A stretch of 64,000 nt of DNA from Gammaproteobacteria bacterium (GTDB lineage Bacteria; Pseudomonadota; Gammaproteobacteria; Steroidobacterales; Rariloculaceae), in assembly GCA_035644475.1 (NCBI GenBank), contig DASQOL010000018.1:15495-79494 (forward strand), given 5' to 3'. This document shows positions 8,733 to 16,229 of the stretch, piece after piece (within the stretch, counting starts at the first letter, position 1; every line of letters starts with the position of its first letter). The notes beneath the pieces are model-generated. The model saw only the letters and a list, made by a program, of their open reading frames with translations, was not told the DNA's origin and searched no databases. The translations under genes and the position numbers were made by a program.

Positions 8733-10454
8733 CTATGCGGGTGTGATGATCAGCGCCAGGACGGAGCACGCCCATAGGCACACGGCGAGCGCCGCGAACG
8801 CGCGGCGGCGCGCGCGGCGCCGCATGTCGAGCGGGTTCGCTACGTAGGGGATTGCCACGAGCGGCGGGATCTCGAGGAACGCGGTAACGTCGCTCGGGCT
8901 GCGCACGGTCACGTCGGACCGCTCGGCGAGCGCCACACCGCCGGCGCCGAGCCCCATCGCGATCGCGAGCGTGAGCAGGAGCACCGCGATGCGGTTCGGC
9001 TTCGCCGGCGTCGACGCCACCGCGGGCTGCTCGAGCACCGTGAAGCGCTCGCCCTTGCTGTCCTCCTCGAGGTTGAGTGCCATCTCGGCCTCGTGCAGCT
9101 TGGTCTGCGTCTCGTTGTACTGGGTGACGAGCTGGTCGTAGCCGCGCTGCAGGGCCGTGTACTCGCGCTCTACCTCGGGCGACGTCGTCAGGCGGTTCTG
9201 GAGGTCGGCGACGCGCGCGCGCACCTGCTCGCGCCGCTGGAGCGCCGCGGCGAGGTCCGATTGCACGCCCTTGAGCTGCGAGTCGCGCTGGATGTAAGCC
9301 GGGTTGTCGGGCTCGAACGTGGCACGCCGGGTGATGCGCGGCGTCGAGGCCAGCGCATCCTTCAATCCCGCGACGGTTTTTTCGAGCCGGCGCACGTCGG
9401 GATGGTCCTCGGAATAGCGGTCGCGCGCCGCCGTGAGCTCGTCCTCGCGCGCCGCGAGCTCCGACTGCAGCGTCGCGCGATCGAAGGCCGGCAAGCCCGT
9501 GCTCTGGGCGAGCTGCTCGAGCTCGCGCCGCACTTTGAGCACGTCGGGGTGGTCGGGACTGTAGCTCGCCGACAGCTGCATGTACTGGCGCTGCAGTGCC
9601 TTCATGCGATCGGTCGGGCTCAGGATCGGGGAGCCCTGGTCGCTCAAGACGGTGGCTTGCGGGCTCAGCAACGCGAGCTCCGAGGTATAGAGCTGCTGAC
9701 GCTCGCGCAAGCCGCGAATCTCCTGCTCCACGGCGTCGAGGTCGCGCTCCGCGCGGTCCACCATCTGCAGGTTGCTGTTCGCGAGCTCCGGCAAGTTGCC
9801 GGCGTTGTCGCTCTTGAACTGCGCGAGTCGCATCTCGCGCTCCGCGATCTCACCCTCGAGCCGCTGCACCTCGGCGGCGAGGAACTGCGCGGTCTCGGCC
9901 GCTTGCTCGCGCCGCGCCTCCTGATTCTCGTGCAGGTACAGCTCCACTAGATCGTCCGCGACGTCGCGCGCCACTACGGGGGACGGATCGCGGAACGACA
10001 CCGAGAACGCCAGAGCGCCGGCGGGCTTCGAGGTGCCCATGATGCTCTCGAGTATCTCCGGATCCTCCGCGCTGAGATGGAGATGATCGGGGCTGCGGAA
10101 GGCCTGGCGCGCCTCCACCGGCGTCGCCGCGAGCTCGGGATAGAGGTGATTGTCGTCGATGATCTTCTGGACGTTTTCCTTGGTGAGCACGCGCTGCGTG
10201 ATGATCCGCACGCGCTCCTCGGGGAAGTTCGGCACCGTCGAGCGCACGACCTTGTCCGAGACGTCGGGCACCTCCGCGAGCATCACGCCCCTCGATTCGT
10301 ATTGCGGCGGCAGCCGATAGGCGATCGCGACGCCGACCAGCACGACGACCGCGACGACGCCGAAGAACAAGTTGCCGCGCCGCTTCAAGACTCCCAGATA
10401 GTCGGTGACCGCGGGATCGGCGGCCCCCCGGGCCGGGGCGGATTGATCTGTCAT
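8733..10454 (-). CDS. Polysaccharide chain-length determinant (Wzz/GumC family, EpsF-like)
   Basis: N-terminal TM plus Wzz motif (LFFGVVAVVVLVGVAIAYRLPPQYES), a long coiled-coil periplasmic region, and C-terminal TM segments. It lies directly upstream of the BY-kinase, the split-kinase arrangement. Confidence 0.85.
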   Translation of the reverse strand: MTDQSAPARGAADPAVTDYLGVLKRRGNLFFGVVAVVVLVGVAIAYRLPPQYESRGVMLAEVPDVSDKVVRSTVPNFPEERVRIITQRVLTKENVQKIIDDNHLYPELAATPVEARQAFRSPDHLHLSAEDPEILESIMGTSKPAGALAFSVSFRDPSPVVARDVADDLVELYLHENQEARREQAAETAQFLAAEVQRLEGEIAEREMRLAQFKSDNAGNLPELANSNLQMVDRAERDLDAVEQEIRGLRERQQLYTSELALLSPQATVLSDQGSPILSPTDRMKALQRQYMQLSASYSPDHPDVLKVRRELEQLAQSTGLPAFDRATLQSELAAREDELTAARDRYSEDHPDVRRLEKTVAGLKDALASTPRITRRATFEPDNPAYIQRDSQLKGVQSDLAAALQRREQVRARVADLQNRLTTSPEVEREYTALQRGYDQLVTQYNETQTKLHEAEMALNLEEDSKGERFTVLEQPAVASTPAKPNRIAVLLLTLAIAMGLGAGGVALAERSDVTVRSPSDVTAFLEIPPLVAIPYVANPLDMRRRARRRAFAALAVCLWACSVLALIITPA

Positions 10455-10496
10455 AACTCTGTCGTTCTCCTCGATTCTCGAAACTGCTGCGGCACC

Positions 10497-11090
10497 TTAC
10501 GGAACGACGACCACGTCGCCGCTACGCAAGAGGATGTTCTGATCGAGCTGCTTGCCGCGCGTCACGTCGGAGAAGTTGAACGGCAGGCGGCGCTGCGCGC
10601 CAGCCTCGCGCCGCAGCACGAAGATGTCGTTCGGCGACGCGAACGCCGTGGTGCCGCCCGCGAGCGACAGCGCCTGCATCACGTCGATGCGCGGATTCAC
10701 GACGAACTCACCCGGGCGATTCACCTGGCCGATCACGTAGACCTTGTTGCCGCGGATCTCCTGCACCGCCACCGTCACGAACGCATCCGGGATGAGCTTG
10801 CCGAGGCGCTGAGTGAGCTCGAGCCGCAGCTCCTCGACCGTCTTGCCGATCGCGCTCACGTCGCCCGCCAGCGGAAACGAGAAGCCGCCGTCCGGGCGCA
10901 CCAGCACCTGCTGGCTCAGGTCGGCCTCCTTCCAGACGGACACTTGCAGCACGTCGCCGGGTTGCACCTCGTAGCGCGCCGTCGTGTTGTCCGCGGCCGG
11001 CGCCCGCGGCGGATCCGCCGCTTGGGCTCGAAACGTCGCCGCGCAGAGCAGCGCGAAGCCGAATAAGGCCGCGCGAACTTGTGATCTCAT
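10497..11090 (-). CDS. Polysaccharide export periplasmic/outer-membrane protein (Wza/EpsE-like)
   Basis: Signal peptide MRSQVRAALFGFALLCAATFRAQA. Poly_export/SLBB-like motifs (YEVQPGDVLQVSVW..., VYVIGQVNRPGEF). ATG 11090 is preceded by GGGAGGACAC. The listed ATG 11102 sits inside that SD sequence. Confidence 0.85.
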   Translation of the reverse strand: MRSQVRAALFGFALLCAATFRAQAADPPRAPAADNTTARYEVQPGDVLQVSVWKEADLSQQVLVRPDGGFSFPLAGDVSAIGKTVEELRLELTQRLGKLIPDAFVTVAVQEIRGNKVYVIGQVNRPGEFVVNPRIDVMQALSLAGGTTAFASPNDIFVLRREAGAQRRLPFNFSDVTRGKQLDQNILLRSGDVVVVP

Positions 11091-11255
11091 GTGTCCTCCC
11101 ATTCCTTTGCCGGGCCGGAATTGCCGGCTTTTTCATCTGCGACCCCCTGGCGATGGAAAGCAATATCCATGCCACGGGTCGCGCGTGTGTCGCGATAAGC
11201 CCACACCCCTCGAGGCCCGCACGCTTGCCGAGAATCAAGGCGTTGCTGTCAACGG

Positions 11256-12812
11256 ATGAACTTTGCGTTGCAGCGTTTCTCACGGGGAATGCGTGGTATG
11301 GATATTGCACTTCCCACGACGCATGGCAGGGAGACGCGGTACGTCGCGGGAGGTTGCTTGGACATTCACCACGAACGGCTCGGCACGCTGATCGGCAACC
11401 GCTTCGTTCTCGAGGAGGCGCTCGATCAGGTGCCTTTCGGCTCCGCCTATCGCGCGATGGACACCCATCGGCCCGCGGGCGCGCTCGAACGACGCGTAAT
11501 GCTCTGGCTGCTGCCGGCGCACACGGGCAACGGCGTGGGACCGGACGTGCTCCGCAACGCGTTCGCGCGCGTTCGCGCGTTGCACCATCCCGGCATCGCT
11601 CGACTCCATGAGCTCGGGCGCATCGACGACGCGTACTTCATCACGGGCGAGCTCCTCGACGGTGAAACGCTGCGCAACGTGCTCGATCACTTGCGGCCGG
11701 AGCGGCTCGGCCCCGACGAGGCCGCGGACATCGTGTGCGCGATCGGCGCTGCGCTCGCGCACGCGCATGACTGCGACATCGTGCACGGCGAGGTTCGCGC
11801 GGAAAATGTAGTCGTGACGATGAGTCACGAGGCGAAGCTCGCGAACTTCATGGCGAGCCGGCTGTTGCGGCTCGAGCCGACGGTCGCGCGCACCGGCGAC
11901 GACCTGCGTGACCTCGCGGCGCTCACGCACGAGCTCTATACCGGCGAGCGGCTGGGCGCCCGGGACAAGGCGAGCAGCAAAGCGCCGAAGCGGCTCGCGC
12001 GGGCGATCGACGCCACGCTGCACGCCGGCCGCCACGGACTGACGGTGCGCGAATTCCTGGCCGCCGCCGGCCTCGAGCCGGACGCGCCGCCCGAGACCGC
12101 ACCGGCGCAGCAGCCCGCTCCCGCGGCTCCGGCCTTCGACTTCGCGGTCGGCGAGATCGCGCCTCTCGAGCTCAGGCCGCGCCCCGGGCCGCCGCGGCGC
12201 TCGGTTTGGCGGTTTGCCGTGCCGTTCATGGCGCTCGCCGGGCTCGCGGTGGCGGTGCACGAGACGGGCGGCGTCGACGCGCTGGTCGCGGCCGGCCGGC
12301 AGCTGCAGAACGCCAGCGGCGCGCTGGGGCTGCGCAGCCCGGACGCCGCCGGCGCCGGCGACGAGTCTCCGCCCGAGAGGGCGCCTGTTCCGACCGAGCC
12401 GGCGAAAACCGCGGCGACCGCGCCCGAACGCGCGGCGACCGCGCCGAGCCTGCCTCCGCGACCGGAGCCGCCGGTCTTGTCGTTCGCGACCGCGAAGATC
12501 ACGGCCCGCGAGAGCCAGTCGATGGTGGTCCTCGACATCGTGCGGACAAGCGGCGACGGGCCCGCGAGCGTGGTCTGGTGGACGACCGACGACACGGCTC
12601 ACGCGCGCGACGACTATGCGAGCTTCGGCAAGCGCGTCGAGCAATTCAGGCCCGAAGATTACGGGCGCAGGATCATCATCCCGATCGTCTCGGACTCGTT
12701 GCGCGAGGCGACGGAGCACTTCCAAGTCCACATCGCGGCGCGCTCCGACGGCACCCGCATCGGCGCAATCGACACGGTCGACGTCACCCTCCTCGACGAC
12801 GACGACTCCTGA
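11256..12812 (+). CDS. Membrane-anchored Ser/Thr-kinase-like pseudokinase with a C-terminal Calx-beta domain
   Basis: Hanks-kinase fold is recognisable (HPGIARLHELGRIDDAYFITGELLDGETLRNVL; IVHGEVRAENVVV; KLANFMAS). One TM segment (WRFAVPFMALAGLAVAV). The C-terminus (ITARESQSMVVLDIVRTSGDGPASVVWWTTDDTAHARDDYASF...VDVTLLDDD) is Calx-beta-like. The start codon is uncertain, with several Met within the first 15 codons. Confidence 0.7.
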   Translation: MNFALQRFSRGMRGMDIALPTTHGRETRYVAGGCLDIHHERLGTLIGNRFVLEEALDQVPFGSAYRAMDTHRPAGALERRVMLWLLPAHTGNGVGPDVLRNAFARVRALHHPGIARLHELGRIDDAYFITGELLDGETLRNVLDHLRPERLGPDEAADIVCAIGAALAHAHDCDIVHGEVRAENVVVTMSHEAKLANFMASRLLRLEPTVARTGDDLRDLAALTHELYTGERLGARDKASSKAPKRLARAIDATLHAGRHGLTVREFLAAAGLEPDAPPETAPAQQPAPAAPAFDFAVGEIAPLELRPRPGPPRRSVWRFAVPFMALAGLAVAVHETGGVDALVAAGRQLQNASGALGLRSPDAAGAGDESPPERAPVPTEPAKTAATAPERAATAPSLPPRPEPPVLSFATAKITARESQSMVVLDIVRTSGDGPASVVWWTTDDTAHARDDYASFGKRVEQFRPEDYGRRIIIPIVSDSLREATEHFQVHIAARSDGTRIGAIDTVDVTLLDDDDS

Positions 12813-12910
12813 CCGGGCACCACTAAACCTCACCGGATCAACAGGTTAGCGGCCACTCGCGTCGTTCCCAAGAATTGCGCTGCTCACAAAAACTGCGACG
12901 CGCGTAGCGC

Positions 12911-13049
12911 AGCAAGCGTTCGGCGGCTGTGCCTCGGAGGGCGCTCCCGAGACACGCCGGAAGACCATCCCTGGGGCTCCGCGCGGCACATCCCTGTGCC
13001 GCGAGGGTCTCGGGAGCGCCCTCCGAGGCACAGCCGCCGAACGCTTGCT
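12911..13049. repeat. Nested palindromic (REP/MITE-like) element, copy 1
   Basis: Perfect 43-bp inverted arms at 12911-12953 and 13007-13049 (AGCAAGCGTTCGGCGGCTGTGCCTCGGAGGGCGCTCCCGAGAC). The 53-nt loop contains its own 9-bp hairpin, CGCGGCACA-tccc-TGTGCCGCG. Confidence 0.85.
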
Positions 13050-13162
13050 CCAGCCATGGTGGCAACCGCCGGCCTCGGAGGCCGCGCAGTGCCCACGGCC
13101 GGCTGCGAAACGTCGTCGTAACGCGCTCGCTAACGCCGCGACGCGCCCAAGCAGGTCGGTGG

Positions 13163-13279
13163 CTCGCTGACGCCTCGGAGGCCGCTCCCGAGACCGTCGG
13201 CGCACAGGGATGTGCGCCGCCGAGCCCCAGGGACGGTTTTTCGGCGTGTCTCGGGAGCGGCCTCCGAGGCGTCGGCGAG
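13163..13279. repeat. Nested palindromic (REP/MITE-like) element, copy 2, with the loop inverted relative to copy 1
   Basis: 32-bp arms at 13163-13194 and 13248-13279 with 1 mismatch, sharing the core GCCTCGGAGGsCGCTCCCGAGAC. The 53-nt loop is approximately the reverse complement of the copy-1 loop. A solo half-site GCCTCGGAGGCCGC lies between the copies, around 13071-13084. Confidence 0.85.
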
Positions 13280-13327
13280 CCGTCGACCGCCTGCGCGAAG
13301 GTCAACGCGCCCGACGCGCCGCAAACG

Positions 13328-14002
13328 TCAGCCCGGCGCGGGGAGCGACCCGCCGCTCGGGGCGGGTTCGATGACGCCGCAGGCGACCGGCGCGCCCGAA
13401 TTGCCGGACGGCGGGGACTCGAGGTCGTCCTCGCCCGCATGGACCACCAGCGCATGACCGATCATCTGGAAGTCCGGCTCGCTCCCGAGCACCGCGTCCT
13501 GCAAGCTCGTGCGCACGTTACCCGCCTGATCCGCCACCACGTTGCCCAGGTCGCCCGGATGGCGTGCGTCGCGCGCGTCGGTGGGCGCCCCGTGCGGCGC
13601 GTCGTGCGGGTTCAAGTGTTTACCGGCCGACGACGCGTCGGCTGCGCTGCAGTCGCCGAACTCGTGAACATGGATGCCGTGCGGGCCCGGCGTGAGGCCG
13701 CTCAGCATCACGTCGAGCGTGACCGTGGTGCCGCTCTCGGCGAAATACACCGTGCCGCGAGCGTCGTTGCCGGCCGTCGGCTCGAGAGTGGCGCGAGCCA
13801 CGGTGCGCGGCGGCGCGTCCGTCTCGGTACGCGGCGCAAGCGCGAGCGGCGGCGGCGCGGCACGATCCGCGGACGCAGCTTCCGGCGGCGCGAGGCGCGC
13901 TCCGTCACCCGCTGGTTGCTGCTCACACCCGAGCGTGACCACGGCGATCGCACCTGCCACGAGCATCGAGCCGACGCTCGATCGGAGACTTGAGTTACGC
14001 AT
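13328..14002 (-). CDS. sodC: Cu/Zn superoxide dismutase, probable lipoprotein
   Basis: HGIHVHEFGDCS, HPGDLGN and ALVVHAGEDD...GNSGAPVACGVI are SodC copper/zinc ligand and C-terminal motifs. The signal peptide ends in ...VVTLGC (lipobox-like). SD GGAGGAAGG lies upstream. Confidence 0.92.
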   Translation of the reverse strand: MRNSSLRSSVGSMLVAGAIAVVTLGCEQQPAGDGARLAPPEAASADRAAPPPLALAPRTETDAPPRTVARATLEPTAGNDARGTVYFAESGTTVTLDVMLSGLTPGPHGIHVHEFGDCSAADASSAGKHLNPHDAPHGAPTDARDARHPGDLGNVVADQAGNVRTSLQDAVLGSEPDFQMIGHALVVHAGEDDLESPPSGNSGAPVACGVIEPAPSGGSLPAPG

Positions 14003-14024
14003 ACGACCTTCCTCCTTCGGTGCC

Positions 14025-14055
14025 TAAAAAGACAAGCCCAGACTCCGCTGGGCTT
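14025..14055 (-). terminator. Terminator-like hairpin in the sodC leader or upstream region
   Basis: Minus strand reads AAGCCCAG-cggagt-CTGGGCTT followed by GTCTTTTTA. This is an 8-bp GC-rich stem, a 6-nt loop and a T-run, about 20 nt upstream of the sodC SD. Confidence 0.3.
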
Positions 14056-14181
14056 GCCGTGCCTCTAGAGCCGATATTCACCGACCCGTCGCCGAAGCAC
14101 CTCCAATAGCAGCAAGGGCCGTGCCAACCTGCCGGCGCCGTGGCATGGAATCTGCACCGAACTCAACGGAGGACGCGCCTT

Positions 14182-15549
14182 ATGAGCACATGGATGTCTT
14201 GCATGGAGCGCGGCGCAGGAGCGCGCCGCGCGCGCCTCGGGATGTGGCTGCTCCTGATCGCGCTCACGGGCGCGGCCCGAGCCGACACTGCGAAGCTCGC
14301 GGTCGCGGACGGCACGGGGCCGAGCCCGCAGCTACCCGAGCCCAACCGGCAGCTGTTCCCCACGATCGACGTCGCGCCGTCGGTCGGTTGGACGCACGGC
14401 GACACTCCGGCCGCGGCGCCGGGCCTCGAGGTCCGCGCGTTCGCGACGGGGCTCGTTCACCCCCGCTGGATGTACCTGCTACCGAACGGCGACGTGCTCG
14501 TCGCGGAGACCAACGCGCCGCCCCGCGAAGACGACTCGCGCGGCATCGTTGGCTGGGTCACGGGGCTCTTCATGAAGCGCGCGGGCGCCACGGTGCCGAG
14601 CCCGAATCGAATCACGCTGCTGCGCGATGCGGATCACGACGGCGAGGCCGAGCTCAAGACCACGTTCTTGAGCGGGCTCGAGTCGCCGTTCGGCATGGCA
14701 CTGATCGGCGACCGTCTCTACGTCGCGAACACGGATGCCCTCGTCCGCTTCCCCTACGTGCCAGGCTCTACGGAGATCACGGCGCCCCCCGAAACCGTCG
14801 CGACGCTACCCGCGGGCACGATCAATCACCATTGGACGAAGAACGTGATCGCGAGCGCCGACGGTAAGCACCTCTACGTCACCGTGGGCTCGAACAGCAA
14901 CGTCGCCGAGAACGGCATCGAGAACGAGGAGCGGCGCGCGGCGATCCTCGAGATCGATCCCGAGAGCGGCGCGACGACGGTGTTCGCGTCCGGCCTCCGC
15001 AATCCGAACGGTCTCGCGTGGGAGCCGCTGACGGGCGAGCTCTGGACGGTCGTAAACGAGCGCGACGCGATCGGCAGCGACCTCGTGCCGGACTACCTGA
15101 CGTCGGTGCAGCGTGGCGGATTCTACGGTTGGCCGTACAGCTACTACGGCAATCACGTCGACGACCGCGTCGAGCCGGCGCGGCCGGACCTCGTCGCGAG
15201 CGCGATCGTTCCCGACTACGCGCTCGGGCCGCACACGGCTTCGCTCGGTCTCGCGTTCTACGCCGGCGACGCGATGCCGGCCGCGTACCGCGGCGGCATG
15301 TTCGTAGGCCAGCACGGCTCGTGGAACCGCAGACCGCCGTCCGGCTACAAGGTCATCTTCGTGCCGTTCTCCGGCGGCAAACCGAGTGGGATGCCGCGCG
15401 ACGTGCTGACGGGCTTTGTGAACGGCGACGGCGAAGCACGCGGCCGGCCCGTTGGCGTGGCGATCGATTCCGCAGGCGCGCTGCTCGTCGCCGACGACGT
15501 CGGCAACGTCGTGTGGCGCGTGACGGGAGCCGCGCGCGACAGTTCCTGA
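14182..15549 (+). CDS. PQQ-dependent sugar (glucose/sorbosone) dehydrogenase family protein, secreted
   Basis: ATG 14182 is preceded by GGAGGA. Signal peptide ...[12 protein letters not shown]. Beta-propeller motifs typical of the sorbosone dehydrogenase family ([51 protein letters not shown]). Confidence 0.8.
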   Translation: MSTWMSCMERGAGARRARLGMWLLLIALTGAARADTAKLAVADGTGPSPQLPEPNRQLFPTIDVAPSVGWTHGDTPAAAPGLEVRAFATGLVHPRWMYLLPNGDVLVAETNAPPREDDSRGIVGWVTGLFMKRAGATVPSPNRITLLRDADHDGEAELKTTFLSGLESPFGMALIGDRLYVANTDALVRFPYVPGSTEITAPPETVATLPAGTINHHWTKNVIASADGKHLYVTVGSNSNVAENGIENEERRAAILEIDPESGATTVFASGLRNPNGLAWEPLTGELWTVVNERDAIGSDLVPDYLTSVQRGGFYGWPYSYYGNHVDDRVEPARPDLVASAIVPDYALGPHTASLGLAFYAGDAMPAAYRGGMFVGQHGSWNRRPPSGYKVIFVPFSGGKPSGMPRDVLTGFVNGDGEARGRPVGVAIDSAGALLVADDVGNVVWRVTGAARDSS

Positions 15550-15571
15550 CCGCCGCGCGCGGCCGCGTCGC

Positions 15572-16120
15572 TCAGCGGCGGAGGCGCTTGGCCTTCTTCT
15601 TGGCCCCGGCCTTCCTGGGCGCGGTCTTCTTGGTCCGGGCCTTCGCGCTGGTGGCGCCACGGCCCTTGCGTTTCGACGCCTTGCTCTTCGACACCTTGCT
15701 CTGGCCCGCTTTGCGCTTCGGCTTTGCCGCGGCCTGCGCCGCGGGCCTCTTCACGAGCACGGCCTCAAGCTTGTTGCCGTCGAGGTCCCGCACGAACGCG
15801 CCGTAGTAGTCAGGGCCGTAGTCTGGACGCGGCCCGGGCGCGCCCTCGTCCACGCCACCGGCTTCGAGCGCCGCGCGGTGGAACGCGCCGACCACGTCCT
15901 TCGTGAACGCCACGAAGCCGACGTGCACGCCGTTGCCGACGGTCGCGGGGCTCTGATTGTGCGGCAGCTGAACCCAGAACACGGGCGTGTCGTCGCCGTA
16001 ACCGATGCCGTACGGCATGAACTCCATCACCCGCCGATAGCCGAGCGCGCCGAGCACGTTGTCGTAGAAACGGGCGGCGCGTTCCACGTTCATGACGCCG
16101 ACTGAGACGTGATGCAACAT
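15572..16120 (-). CDS. VOC/glyoxalase-family protein with a C-terminal Lys/Ala-rich (histone H1-like) tail
   Basis: N-terminal 130 aa (MLHHVSVGVMNVERAARFYDNVLGALGY...AFVRDLDGNKLEAV) is a glyoxalase/bleomycin-resistance fold. The last ~50 aa are AAKPKRKAGQSKVSKSKASKRKGRGATSAKARTKKTAPRKAGAKKKAKRLRR. A strong SD (AGGAGGG) precedes the ATG. Confidence 0.8.
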   Translation of the reverse strand: MLHHVSVGVMNVERAARFYDNVLGALGYRRVMEFMPYGIGYGDDTPVFWVQLPHNQSPATVGNGVHVGFVAFTKDVVGAFHRAALEAGGVDEGAPGPRPDYGPDYYGAFVRDLDGNKLEAVLVKRPAAQAAAKPKRKAGQSKVSKSKASKRKGRGATSAKARTKKTAPRKAGAKKKAKRLRR

Positions 16121-16229
16121 GGGGGTCCCTCCTAGGTTGGTGAGGAACAGCTTACCGCAGAAGGGCGGCGGCGATGCTCGCTTTTCGGTCCCTCTCCGGG
16201 CGTGCTTCCCGCCGCGTCACTCCCCGCCG

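Noticed and set aside
11113-11140. Small hairpin plus T-run (GCCGGaattgCCGGCTTTTTC) resembling a plus-strand intrinsic terminator
   Set aside because: The stem is only 5 bp, and no plus-strand gene ends upstream because the neighbours are divergent. It is more likely part of the divergent promoter region. Not reported as a feature.
12838-13455. ORFs across the 12.8-13.4 kb intergenic region (205 aa, 119 aa, 354 aa and others) encoding repeated GAPSEAQPPNA-like peptides
   Set aside because: Their apparent internal repeats come from translating the two palindromic DNA elements in both orientations. They have no start context and no protein-like composition.
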